DNA of 63,167 nucleotides, counting the filler, from Octopus bimaculoides (Eukaryota), in assembly GCF_001194135.2 (NCBI RefSeq). It is 6 parts of 6 records of this genome, joined end to end, with 100 filler letters (N's around TTAATTAATTAA, not from the genome) between each part and the next. Parts side by side here need not be neighbours in the genome. Positions count along the whole stretch, not along the records: positions 37,830 to 54,903 come from NC_068984.1; 5 more parts are not named here. The stretch is one strand, 5' to 3'. The translations under genes were made by a program, and so were the position numbers. Positions 37,964 to 50,949 of this stretch are shown here, piece by piece. Position 1 is the first letter of the stretch, and each line of letters opens with the position of its first letter. The notes under the pieces are model-generated. The model ran no database searches. It had not been told where the DNA came from and saw nothing but the letters and a program-made list of their open reading frames with translations.

Positions 37964-38358
37964 CGCATGCACAGACACACATACATAATAATTTAGCTCA
38001 GACAGCGATACTTATAACCATTTGTTAGAACTCACTGTACTTATGTTTTGTTGAGTATAAAGCACAATATCAATTTAATGCGAAGAGGACAGGAGTTACA
38101 TAAACAGTTTCATTAGCCTAGAACTCTGAGTGCAATTTTATAAGAAGCGTTGTACTCAGAGGTGAATGCTTGCGTGACTTCATTTAAGGCAACATAATAT
38201 ACCTGATGAAGGTATATTATGTTGCCTGAGAAATCAGCTCTGAATTGCAATGCTTCTTAGAGCAGAAACATCTTTAAGCTAACAGGAGTAGTTACATAAC
38301 ATCTGTTTTTGTCATTCATTAATTGATATGTGTGTGTACGCACTTAAAAAGACTTGAT

Positions 38359-38416
<58 letters not shown>

Positions 38417-39254
38417 CCTGTATGAGTGTGTGTGTGTCTGGTTATGTGTCTGTTTGTCTGCCTGTCTACCTGTCTGCCTGTCTACCTGTCTGCCTGTGCA
38501 TGTGTATCATATATACATGCATGCATACAAACATACATAAACATAAACACACCTGCATAAATAATCGCATTTCAGCCAAAAGTTTTAAATATTTTCGACT
38601 CACTGCAATAATTATGATAACTGTTACTTAGTTATATGCTTGTCAAGGACAGTCATAGGAAATTCTCCGTTGTTATTATATTAATTTGTCTAATATTATT
38701 CACACATAAAATCCTTTCTCATTGTCGCTCTGAAATCTTAAACACCTTCCTGTCTTATTCCTGTATGACATGTATGGAGTGTAACCCGGGCAATCAAAAT
38801 ATGTAACCTTTTGCCCGTACCCATTCTTGTACACCTTCATTTAAAATAATCATGGTAGATCAAACTTTGGGGATTTCTCTCCTTTGTCTCTGCTAGGAAT
38901 ATATTCTCATTAGCGTTAACTGCTTATTTCTTCATTAATCAAAATCTATTTCCACATATATTTATAAGTATTTTTGGCTCACCACATCAGATATTGTAGA
39001 TTGTACTTATTCATCAACCAGGATGCACCTTTGGGAAATTTTCCTATGTCATATAGTTATATGGATGAGTAGCAGAATGGTTGATAGAATTAAATCTAAG
39101 TGCAGAAAGATTGTAAGTACCGAGCTTTTCGCAGAAAATCTGAAGATCGTGTTTGAGGATCTAGTAATGCAAATGTCTCGATGGTAGACCAAATCCAATA
39201 AAATTCATTGCCGTAAAACCTTTAATGGAAATCATCCAGTCATTCACAAAAATA

Positions 39255-39535
39255 ACCATTCAACATCAGTCAAGCAATTAACAAGACAATCATTCGATAT
39301 GATAATCAGTCAGTCAATCAACAAGACAATCATTCCATATGACATTCAGTCAATCAATCAACAAGGTAATCATTCAACATGACAATCAGGCAATCATTGT
39401 ACATGATAATCAGTCACTTAATCAACAAGGTAATCATTCGATATGACAATCAGTCAGAGTCAATCAATCAACAAGGCTATCACTCAAAATGTCAATCAGT
39501 CATTTAACATGATAATCAGTCACTCAATCAATATG
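39255..39535. repeat. Minisatellite, unit about 40 bp
   Basis: GATAATCAGTCAGTCAATCAACAAGACAATCATTCGATAT-like unit, about 6-7 diverged copies. Confidence 0.8.
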
Positions 39536-40005
39536 CTGGCTTTTGAACAAAAAACAATACAATTCTTCTTCCAGTAGAATATGACTACGAGTTCCAAACC
39601 TTTCAGATTAATTTAGCTTTTGACACAATCAACCCAGAGGCAAGCCATGTATGTTTCTATATAGCCATATGCATGCAGAGGTTAGTCATATGTGCCTACA
39701 CATACCTGCATACCTTTGTGCCTATACATAAATATACATAAATGAGGAAGTAATTGAGTATCAATGCTGTTTAATGATCTTGTTGTTGTTGTTGTTAGTA
39801 CTGACTGAGTAGATCTTAGCGCAAAAGCGTTCCAAATTCGACAACTCCATTTCATTTTACGATGAATAACGATACAGTTTACAAAATAGCTTTTGTTTTG
39901 TAATATGATAACTTAACTGAAATCCAACAGCAAAACAACACATGAATGTATTACGCATCCTCACTTAAAAAAGGGACAAAAATCGCTTTGGATATACAGT
40001 ACTTA

Positions 40006-40049
<44 letters not shown>

Positions 40050-40276
40050 CATACATATACACGCCATTTCTCTCACCCCTGTATTTTCTTGACAAGACGT
40101 GCACCGAGCTGGATGTCATTTCTCTCGGCTCTCGACAATTTTTCTCCTCTGCTATTTTCTTCTCTTCTATTTATTCTATTTCCTTTAAACATTTCTCCCT
40201 GGCGTTACCCATTACAATGTATGTATGTATGTGTATGTATGTATGTATGTATTACGTATTTATGTGCGTGCGTACA

Positions 40277-40316
<40 letters not shown>

Positions 40317-40324
40317 TATATTAT

Positions 40325-40636
40325 GCTGAGACCCCCTTTGGTCATGACTGACCATGGGATTGCACCTAGAAAGTTACCCTTCCAAGCAGAAGTCCGGGCA
40401 AGGTTGCTTATGGAAGACCAGCAGTCGCCCATGTATACTGGCCTCCGGGAAAGGCAAAGGCCGATACAACTTGGCACCTGTGACATCGCAACTCATTTCT
40501 ACAGCTGAGTGAACTGGAGCAACGTGAAATAAAGTGTCTTGCTCAATAACACAACATGCAGTCCGGTCCGGGATTCGAACTCACAACCTCAGGATCGTAA
40601 GCTCGACGCTCTAACCACTGAGCCATGCGCCTTCAC
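40325..40636 (-). mobile_element. SINE family C, full length
   Basis: Minus head GTGAAGGCGCATGGCTCAGTGGTTAGAGCG...GAGTTCGAATCCCGG; core TTGAGCAAGACACTTTATTTCACG; tail ...CATGACCAAAGGGGTCTCA. Confidence 0.9.
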
Positions 40637-40910
40637 TATTATATTATATTATATTATATTATATTATATTATATTATATTATATTATATTATATTATATT
40701 ATATTATATTATATTATATTATATTATATTATATTATATTATATTATATTATATTATATTATATTATATTATATTATATTATATTATATTATATTATATT
40801 ATATTATATTATATTATATTATATTATATTATATTATATTATATTATATTATATTATATTACATTATATTACATTATATTATATTACATCATATTATATT
40901 ATATTATATA
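40637..40910. repeat. (TATTA)n pentanucleotide array
   Basis: Roughly 55 nearly pure units directly adjoining the SINE C head. Confidence 0.95.
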
Positions 40911-43198
40911 ACTCTGTGTATGCGTGAGTGACTATGAATACATACATATATCTAAATGCATATGTATGTATATTTGTGCGTCCGTGTAATGGTATTTCCC
41001 AATAACTGGAGATTGCAACTGACAGCCCCCTGTTCATTGTTGCAAAATAATTTCCGTAGTCAACAAAACAGACCATTCTATTAACATGCTAGATCTTCAG
41101 TGAAGTTACCAGTGAGTGATACTGAGCATTAATCTTGAAGAATAATCTTAAAGAATAGTGAATAGGGCAGTGAATACGAAGAAGGTTGGAAATTGGGAAA
41201 CATCAATAAGCGATAAAAACCGAAGCAGAAAACAGAAACTACTAAATTTGTAATAAAATAGAGAAATAACATAATACTGAACAAAACTATGGAGAGAATA
41301 CCTGAGGAATATTTGCCTGAATATTTTCGGAAAATTCCTACGTTAATTCAATTGATCGGGATCATAGTAGCTGGAATTTGGTTATCAGCGTAAATCATGT
41401 CGTAAATCTAATTTTCTAGTGTCACAACAGCGAACGAGGAATAAGGAAAAAAGTACCTTGGGCTTAATGGACAAACCAGAAATGGTAGCCTCCAGACATA
41501 TTTGCAAATGCTAGCAAGAGTGAAACCACCCGTATAGTGTTTATATATTTTCCTGCTTCACAAACTCTACACGTATTTTTCTCCTTTTTTATTTTATCTA
41601 TTTTTATGGCAACTTGCTTCCTCTACATCTGATGGTTTGCTTAGCTAACATTTCCGAATGTATTAGAAGATAAGCAGAACAATCCCTTGGAAGCATGCAA
41701 TATGATTGATGATGGCATGAAAATTCTAGGAATATATTGACAATTCCTAGCAGGAAGAATTTCTATGAAATCTTTTTCCTTCGGTTTGTATAGTGAAATA
41801 ACGCAACGGTCTAACAGTGTTTTAGATCATGGATTTTATAAAATACTTATGGAAAATAAGTTTAGCGTTCGTATAAGTGTGAAGGAGTTCAGAGAGCAAA
41901 CCATCTAAGCAATCTTAGATTACTGTTAGATGATAAACAGGTTATTGCTGACATGACTCCAACAACAACAGCATCATCATCGCTGTTGTAGTTGTTTTTG
42001 CATCTCTTGTAACAACTATTATTGTTGTCATTGTTAATTTATTGTTGTTGTTATTGACCTGCTTCATGATAAAAATCATTGACCGCGTCATTTTTTTTTT
42101 GTTTTTATTTTTTGTTTTTTGTTTTTTGATGCTTCCAAACCTTTGGATTATGGGAGTCAGACATCTTATTTTCTCTAACTCTCTTATTTTTCCTGACTCA
42201 CTACCTTTCCTCTTTCATGATGGTTCTCTACTTTCGGAGGCTTCTCCACCCTCGTAATCTTCTTCATTCGAGCGATCGGGGTGTTGCTGCTATGTCTGTG
42301 TTTTTTGTTGTTGTTGTTGTTGTTGTTACTCTGCTGTTGTTGTTTGTAGGACAACTTCATATTTTTTTTATGCCTGTTGAAGTAGATGTTATTGTTGCTT
42401 ATGTTGCTGCAACTGTTGCTACTCCGACGGCCGCTGTCGCTGTGATTGTAGCAATCGGGTGATTGGCAGCAGCGATGGATAATGGTGCTGCACTCTCATC
42501 TTCTTCACCATGGCGCAGAACGCTCTGAGATTGTCTGTTTTACCAGAGTATACCATTCGGCTTTGCTCTTCTTGTCGATCACCCGTATACACAATCTTCG
42601 AAATATAAACAACCAGGTATTTTAGGACGAATCTACGGTGCTGAAATACCTAGAACTCTATTGACATCCAAGTCTGATTCCACTGGAATGGTATACTTGG
42701 ATCGTAATGTTTCTCATATTCTTCCATCATTGCAGACATTTTGGTCAAGTCACATTAAGGCAAAAGATTATTAACTCTGATGCTGGTCAAGCAATGTTCC
42801 ATATACAGAAGGATCATAATGAAACCTTGGCATATGCATATGTTTATCGCCATTGCACGCTTCTCGCTATTGCACATATTTGTTGCCATCCTGCCTTGTT
42901 TTTCTCGGGATATATAAACTACTGTGAGTCATACTTTTAAGAATTTTTAAAATTACGCTGAAGTCGGGAACTACGGTTTTGGACCCTTCTGCATTATAAT
43001 AGCACAAGTACAGCTAGTCGCCATTTGGGTATGACTTGACAGCATGTATCATGCTTTCGCTAATTGTTTTAAACTGTTATGTAGTCACGAGCAGACATAG
43101 GAACCATCTCGAGGTTCCATCACCCTTGACACAATGGCACATTCAGAATGTGACTGCTAGAAGGAAAGAAACAAAGAAACAAAGAAACAAAGAAAGAA

Positions 43199-43247
<49 letters not shown>

Positions 43248-44236
43248 GGGGAGAATACCTTAATGTGCTCATTTGCAGGTTAGTACCCTAGCGTAATGTA
43301 ACTACAATGCCTTCCTCAAAGATACAATGCACTGCTCGGTCCAGGAACCTACATTGTTATCATGAGTCAAAAACCCTAGCCATTAGACCACGCAGCACCT
43401 TCACTAAGTTTATACATTTGTATAAAATTGTGCACTGTTTATCTCCTCGACAGGATCCGGCATCACTTCAGAGAGAAAATAACCTTATATATTTTTATGG
43501 ATTTTGCATTTCTTTCGGGTGTGTGGGTTGTTTTTTTTTACATGCCATGTATATTTATTTTGTTATTTCGTCTTTGTAGCTGTTATTGCTGATCTTGTTG
43601 CTAATGTTGCCATAGAGATGAAGAGATTACGAAAGACAAAAGCAACAATTGTCCTGTGATAATTTGTGCACTTGGTACAACACCCAAACGGGTTTATGAG
43701 TTGAATTAGTGCTCCATGCTTTTGTGTCTAATGTGAAATTTTATGGTTTAAATTAGTGCTCCATGTTCACAACACCGAACCAAGAGTGCTTTGAACGACG
43801 GGATATTAAAATATATGCACAGAAAAAAAAAATCAAAATATTCAGATTCCTTAACAAAATATAACTTTTCTTAAGATTAGAAGGAATTAACATTAATCTC
43901 ACTATATAGAATATTATACTGAAACATCTTGTGTCTAAGAATTCAAAATATTATCACCATTTTGTTATCAAATTGATTAAAAATTCTATAAATAAAAAGG
44001 ATGTTAAACGCATACAGGGTTACAGTTTGTATCTAAATATACCCGCAATCGCACCCTACCATCTTCAAACAGAAATGACATTTTGGGAATCGTTATGATG
44101 TTTTATTGTGGTTGCGGACTTCTAGTATATTCATTCACCAACTGTCAAATCACCAACACGTAATCCACGATATCTCTTCTTAATAGCTTCTACCACTCTG
44201 TCTAATATATGGCTGCATATACGACACTGTTTTAGT

Positions 44237-46000
44237 CTATTTTTGCCATAAAGGCCCGACACAGAGGGGACAGCACAAGGACAGATAAACACATAAGTGG
44301 GGGAGAAAATTAAACGAATGAGAAACATGGTATGAAAAAAGATGGATGGTTGGATGGATGGATGGATGGATGGATGGATGGGTGGATGGATGGATGGATG
44401 GATGGAATGAATGCCACTCGAACCCCACAATTCGAATGACTTCATTTAAACTTTTTATAAACAATTACAAATTTATCAAAAGATTATACATGTCACAACA
44501 TTTACATACAATTAAAAGTTCCTGAGAGATCTCTCGAATTATAAACATGCCATATAATTTTTTTAGTCTCAAAATCGTAATCGTGCATACTCACGATCTT
44601 TTGTCCTTCAGCGCAGTCGATTTCAATCGACTGCCTGTCTACAACTGGTCCATATTTCCTTTTCAAAACGTTCAGGCTACCTTCACCTATGACTACTGCT
44701 TCTACTTCTCCTTCAAAATACTCCTCAATATCGCATATTTTGTCCACTCGCATACGTTGTCCACTCTCTAGTTCTTTCTTCCTTATTTCCTGGCTTCTCG
44801 TTGCACTCGCTCATTGGATGCCACTATAAAAGGAGTTGCAGTCTCTATCAGCGCTTCCTTGGTTACTTTCACAGGTGTGTGGAGGGGGTGGGGAAAATTG
44901 GTTCTTATGTGTCCACGCTTTCCGCACTTCAAGTATCTCGGCTTTCTGCACTTCCCCATCATTCTTAGCTTCCTTTCACCCACCACTATGGTGTCTACGA
45001 TGTTGTCCAGGGCATCCGGGGCAGCCTTGATAACCATTTCCAAGCTCTGACCTATCCAATTGCTTCCTGGTGTTTTCGTGGCCTGGAGGACTGTTAATTT
45101 TTCCTCTTGGCCCAGTATTATAGCTGCATTCACCGCCGGAGGTACTTCTTCCACCTTCACCCTGGAGACGCACCTCCCAAGGTAAGTCGGAAGGAATACT
45201 ATTTTTACTGTAGATAACATGGATATGGTATGTTGCCTGACCTTCCCCTTCGTGGCAAATCTTCTTTCCACCGTTGCGTATTTAGCTCCTCTGGTCAGGT
45301 ATGTTATGTCCACCCAAACGAGAGCCAAACACTTCTCTATTTCCCCTTTATCTGCAACATTAATTCTTCTATCTTCTTTGTTGAAACTTTTGAATGTGAC
45401 TGTCTTTCTGGCTGTACCTTGAGCCACATCACAAGGTGGGGTTACACGAACTTCGTGGCCTTCCCTAAGCAATATTCTTCCGTATTCTTCGAGGTTCAAT
45501 GTTTCCATTCTCACTTCGTCTTTCTTCGCAACAGTCACTGCTGCAAAACTCTTCTTTTCGCCATCCATGCTATTCAAACTTCCGGCCGGAGCCGCAAAAT
45601 TCTTCCTTTCTTTCAATTGTCTGTTGATATTGACGATACTTCTCAACAGTTCCTCTTCTGATGTTCTCATCTCATCCGAGCTCAAGCTCTTGTAATCCAT
45701 CATTCAGCGCTTCCCCCTTTAAACGAGGGGGAAAACGTTAACAACACTGCTGCAAGACAGCAAAAAAAAAATGTGTTGTTAAACACGAAACAATAGATTA
45801 ACAGTAATTTAACAGCAATTTGAGAATAAACAGCTCAACTTACAATAAAAACGTCGTCCAACGCAAAAATGAGGCATACGACTCTGTTTTCGTATCTCCA
45901 GCACGCATGCGTACTTATACAATTCAGAACCGTCCATTCACGGGGGTGTTCGGATTCCGCCACAACAGAAACGTTGCCTATGCTATACTAAAAGATGGGA
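44237..46000 (-). mobile_element. Putative ORF1-only (half-LINE) non-LTR retroelement, L1/Tx1-like ORF1
   Basis: T-rich 5' leader, a gag/ORF1-like ORF, no APE or RT downstream, internal (ATCC)n, and a 3' segment similar to the SINE M1 tail. The 5' boundary is uncertain. Confidence 0.55.
44783..45703 (-). pseudogene. ORF1/gag-like nucleic-acid-binding protein, 306 aa, probably frameshifted from the 44502-44753 ORF
   Basis: Helical/coiled-coil-like N-terminus, SFAAV motif, RRM-like middle, degenerate CCHC knuckle R[Y]LKCGKRGHIRTN[F]P. Confidence 0.65.
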
Positions 46001-47149
46001 TGGTCATGCCTGGCAAATCTTTCCTCTCAATTGCTCCTTACTGTCTTAAAATAGAAATGACATTTTAGAAAAGGTAGTTTCTCATACACTATAAGTCAGA
46101 ATGGTCACGACTAGAACATCTTCCATCTTAATGCGAAACCATGTCAATGAAACATTTCACTATCTTCCCTTCTATCACTTTCTCAGTAATAACAACTTTA
46201 GAAACAAACCAGTCTCCCGATTCACATACTGACACTGACACTGCATCATTTTCTTATTGATTGCATACTGAAGCAAATAGCTGAAGGCGCCTCAACCCGA
46301 CGTTCAACATCATGAGAAAGGCTCAGAATGAATGTCTTTCTGAACAACCATCTCAACCACCATACCAAAGCCGAATATTATCAGAAATTCCTCGTTTTCT
46401 TTTCTTGTATAAGTGTACGACGTTGATTAATATAGTCGGCAAATCAAAACCTTGGATTTCTCTGACACCACTATCTACAGAAATTTCTTTCTGCCTTCTT
46501 ACGAAATAGAAATGCACACACAAAGTCTCGTTCGACCAACATCAACACAACATTGAGTCGACTTCTATATTGTTACTATTGAGATGGTTCTGACACATAC
46601 TATATATGCCTGAATCGCATCCGTCTTGTTAGCCTCCTCTATTAGCCTCTATTAGCCTCTATACAATAGAGGCCTCAATACATTAGCCTCAATACAATCG
46701 CATCCTCTATTAGCCTCTAAACAATAGAAACATTTAGCTGAAGTACAACTGAAGATCAATTAACACAGAGACAATATCAATTCATTAAAAATAGAATGCC
46801 TTACTACTCGTTCGCTGCACAGTTTGGCAGTCTCGATTTTGGAAAGGGATTTAATGCATGAGAGAGAAACGCACGCGACAAAACCGTGACGTGTGAGAAA
46901 TGAAGCATACACACAAAACTAACCACTTTCCAGAAAACGATTAACATATCCCCGCGCCAACCGAAGACATATATCAAAGATTAGAGTATGTAGTCATCAT
47001 TGGATGTGATGCACGCTCACATGCAAGTAAATATGCATGTATGTATGTATGTATGTATGTATGTATACATTTAGCCCAGCCAGGAGCAGAAAAATGAGTA
47101 GCCTGTCAACCTTTGATACAATGAATGTCTCTATTAACTCTACCCAGGG

Positions 47150-48185
47150 TGCTGAGTCATGTGTTAGGTAATATTTGGCTAAAAACACAACAGAAACTTA
47201 TGAAATGCTCTGGACTGCTTATGGATTAGCTTATAGGGACCAAGCATCTGTTTTCGCTGGCACAAGAGGTTCAATCAAGGTAGTTAGAGAGTAGGTGAGA
47301 GACGACAAAAAGTGTGGGGTGGAGAGGAACGTCAGAACACCAGAGCTGGTTGAGAAAATTCGCAATTTTTGGATTAAGAACGTCTTGTGTCTATAAAGAC
47401 AATAAGCATACAGTTTGGAGTTGGTGTGGCCACTGTTCACAGAATTATTTGTGAAGATCTTAGCATGTGCAAAATTTGTGCATAGTTTGTTCCAGGGTGC
47501 TCAGTGATGATTAGAAGGAAAGAGGCGTTGGTGGTCGAGCCTATTAACTCCAATCCAAAAATACTTGCGTCTCTGGTCGCTTGTGACGAAAGCCGGATCT
47601 ATTGTTACGATCCAAAGGCCAAGAGACAGAGTGCCCACTGGCTCCATCAAATTCAAGATGGCCAGACAAAGCAAGTCTGTCGGGAAGCTCATGATCCCAT
47701 TTTTAGACAGCAAGAGCATCATCGACATCGACTGGGTATCCTTTACGCAGACCGTCCACGAAGAGTGTTTTATGGAGGTTTGAGGGAGTCCTGGAAGATT
47801 TCTTCACAAAATACCGGAGCTTTTCCACTCAGGTCGGTGACACCTGGACCAGGTAAAGGCATCAGTCCACTTTCCATCCTGGTAACCAACTACTTAACAG
47901 AGATAGGAATCGAAACTGTCTCTCGCTTTCCCTAAAGTCCAGTCCTTTCTCCTGATTTTTGGTTGTTCCTCAAGCTGAAGGAGACCCTCAGGTGCAGTCA
48001 TTTTGTGGACACTGAGAAGATGTAGGAGGCTGTGATCCTAAGGTTATCACTTTTGAGGACGTCCAAGGGCCTTTCACATAATGGCTACAGTGCTACAAGT
48101 TCATCGAAGGAGATTAGAGTTTTATACTTCTTTGTAATTAATAAATGTTATCCTGAACAAATCTGAAATCTGGACTGCATCTTGT
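47150..48185 (+). pseudogene. Degenerate mariner transposon, nearly whole transposase
   Basis: TTETYEML...VFRWHKRF...TPELVEKI...TVHRII.EDL...(W)VP; LVACDESRIYCYDPKAKRQSAHW; SPVLSPDFWLFLKLKE; terminus ...TGGACTGCATCTTG-TA. Confidence 0.85.
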
Positions 48186-49204
48186 AAAATAGTAAAAGTG
48201 GAACCGGTTCAAATGGAAAACGAAATCACATCGCACACTCGATTCACCTTCGGCTTACTTTTTTTCTACAAACTTCTATCAATTGCCAAAGTTAAGAATA
48301 TCCTCAGTCGTCAACATGTAATCATGTGTTTTGCAAGAAACTGTAATAGTTTTTGTTCTAAAGAGAACAAGGAGATTGAGATCAAATTGTTAATCTCACC
48401 ATTCTAATACATCGATAATGGATTTGAGATATTACATGGATGGAAGTTAGCAGAGGAAATCTCATCGCCAACAGATTTACAACGATAAAGTTGTAACTCT
48501 GACAGGTTGTACATAATTCAAAGTTTACTTGTCTATGTTTAAAATCTCTGTTGCATCCTGGAAGCGAAAATGTCCGAATTATTCTTCTAGTAATATGTAC
48601 TGTTTTGCAGGAATTTGATTATAGTTTCTAAACGATTGCATTATCAGAATGTTACTGTGGCAACATTTATTTTGAATGTTGCAACTACACAGTTCAAATT
48701 TCACATTAGCTGATAGATTTAGACTGTAGTAGATGATAAATATACTTATAGAATAACTTGTGAGATTGCTTTAGTCTGGGTGTGGCGGTGGCGTGAAATT
48801 GAAAAAGATAATAGTCTTGTCGAAACTAGTTTGTACTGCAAAACAGGAATTGATAAAAAGGAAGATAGCAAGTATGTGTAAAACGTTTTCCATTTACCAA
48901 ACTTTAATGCCATTGATAGTCTTTCAGTGCCAGCAATATTCTCATCAACTAATCTTCTTGTAATCTAGTCAATCAGTTCTTTTACAGCAAAATATTTAGG
49001 AACATTATCATAAATTCATTAGCCGTGTAAATGAAGTTAATTAACTTGAATTGGTTATCGAAACCGGCTTCCAAACTCAGTTTGCTGTGAGCTTATCTGT
49101 TTCTCAACAGTGTTATTTAATTACGATCTTACAAGTATTAAAATGCTGTAAAAAATAATCTCGACTTAAGATTAAGAAAAACATTTTTAAATCTATTTTC
49201 TTTA

Positions 49205-49990
49205 TTGTTTTGTTGTTGTTATTTCTCTTCGTCACAGATTTTGTTGGAACTCCTGGTGTTTTATATATGTAGCGGGCTTGCTACCTGCAGCCTACGGTAT
49301 CATATTATCCATTCTTTTCAGCTATCTAATACTTTCCACATAATTCTGGCCGTGTCAAGGTGGCAATCCTTTTATAACAGTTCTACTGGGCACTCTATTC
49401 CAATTTCCTTTATATTCCCCTTGACGCCTTCTGATACTGTCTCCGAGGACCCAACAATAATTGGCACTATCTTCACCTCCTTCATTTCCCGTAGCCGGGC
49501 TATTTCATACTTAAGAGGGTTATATTTGTCTATCTTTTCGCCTTCCTTCTTGACTATTCGTGGGTCAAAGGGCAACATCAACTATGTAGCGTATGTGGTG
49601 CATCTTGTCCACCACCACTAGGTCCGGTCTGTTATGCTCTAGCACTTGATCTGTTTGTATTGGGAAATCCCTGAGGATTTTGCTAGTCTCCGACTCCATC
49701 ACTCTCCGTGGTTTGTGCTCATACGACGTTTTGTCGCTCTCTAGCCCGCACAGATTCCAATGTAGCACTTTCGCTACCTGATCGTGTCGCCACAACTTGT
49801 AGTGTTTTGGGCAAGTCTATGGCATTCGTTCGTGATATGGGCAATGGTTTAACCCACTTTATTGCAGATGCGGCACAGCGGAGACACTTGCTCATTCCTA
49901 GGGTTCGTGGCCAAAGCTTTGTCTTGCGCTGCCAGTATAGTGCTCTCAGTCTCTTTTTTAGTGCTCCCTAAATCTTGGTCTTGCGCTGTC
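49205..49990 (-). mobile_element. 5'-truncated R4/Dong-like LINE (zinc knuckle, RLE endonuclease, 3' UTR)
   Basis: ESTILAAQDKAL..CRICNK..TIAHITNEC; WRHDQVAKVLHW; FPIQTDQVLEHNRPDLVVVDK; VDVA.PFDPRIVKKEGEKIDKY..L..EI; VPIIVG. A (TAA)n array abuts the 5' junction and an AAC/AAT-like tail ends the 3' side. Confidence 0.9.
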
Positions 49991-50018
49991 AAAGCTTGGT
50001 CATTATCATTATCATTAC

Positions 50019-50073
<55 letters not shown>

Positions 50074-50271
50074 GTTATTATTATTATTACTATTATTATG
50101 AATATGATTATCATCATCTTACTTCTCAGAGATTACTTGCTCTGGTTTATTCTGTGAAGCGAACAGCAACCTGTCGTCAGAGATCTCATAGGGTCTCCTT
50201 CTGCAAATTATAAGCTTTGGTACCTGGATGTTAACTTACTGTGAAAGATACTCAACACCTAAGCACCAATA

Positions 50272-50642
50272 TTGAGTGAGAGAGCAGCGCATGCTATCAA
50301 AGTGACGCTAAGGTTCAAATATACGAAGTCCAATACACCCATCATGATTACCCGTCTGATAAGGGCACACCAGGCACATGCATCACAATCATATGCGCAC
50401 GACATAGTGACCTCTTATCAAGATAAACAACCTATGAGCTAGCAGGTGGGGACTAGTTAGAATTTTCTTCTGGTTGAGTAGCGTATATCGCACAAAAAGT
50501 CCCTGAATAAGAGTTGTTATGTATGATTTCAGAGGTGAATTATTGAGACCGCAAATAACTCCTCCCAACACATGATCATGATGCTCCCCTACTACACCTG
50601 CTCGCGATCAGAGATGTACATATCGTTAGCCACTAAGGTACA
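50272..50642 (-). mobile_element. Second (5'-truncated) copy of the 14451-14983 element
   Basis: Reverse complement matches 14620-14983, ending CTCTCTCACTCAAT. Confidence 0.8.
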
Positions 50643-50949
50643 AAGCTCAGCTTTCAGCAAAGACAAGTGAGGTTATCTATGGAATTTTATAATGACCATC
50701 TACATTTGTGAATCTTTTGATAACATCTCAATTTTTTCATGTACAGTTTCGTTCACCTAGAGTACATCTAAATATTTGAAAGAAGTATACTTACTATATG
50801 TAACTCTGGAGTCATGTCACTTTTCTCGATTCTTCTAGTAGTACTAAGTGAGATTCATTTCCATATCTTCAAACCATCCCCTTACAACAGCATGACTGCC
50901 AGAGTGAATGGCCCAAAGCCATGTTTTTCACCTTTTCACGATTGATAAT

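Noticed and set aside
39255-39535. About 40-bp repeat as a CRISPR-like array
   Set aside because: Units are adjacent and diverged with no unique spacers; no cas genes; eukaryotic context.
42547-42774. 75-codon plus-strand open frame after an acceptor-like TTTTACCAG (SIPFGFALLVDHPY...)
   Set aside because: No recognisable homology, ambiguous donor, and a length attainable by chance; not enough to call an exon.
45774-45967. 194-bp segment bounded by TGTTG...CAACA, resembling a solo LTR
   Set aside because: No 4-6 bp TSD (flanks AAATG vs GAAAC), no PBS or PPT, and no second copy; better treated as the leader region of the ORF1-like element.
46625-46730. Short TATTAGCCTC tandem repeats
   Set aside because: Ordinary small degenerate tandem repeat with no further structure.
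48400-49150. Possible decayed DNA transposon or Helitron coding sequence
   Set aside because: No diagnostic motif could be recovered by eye.
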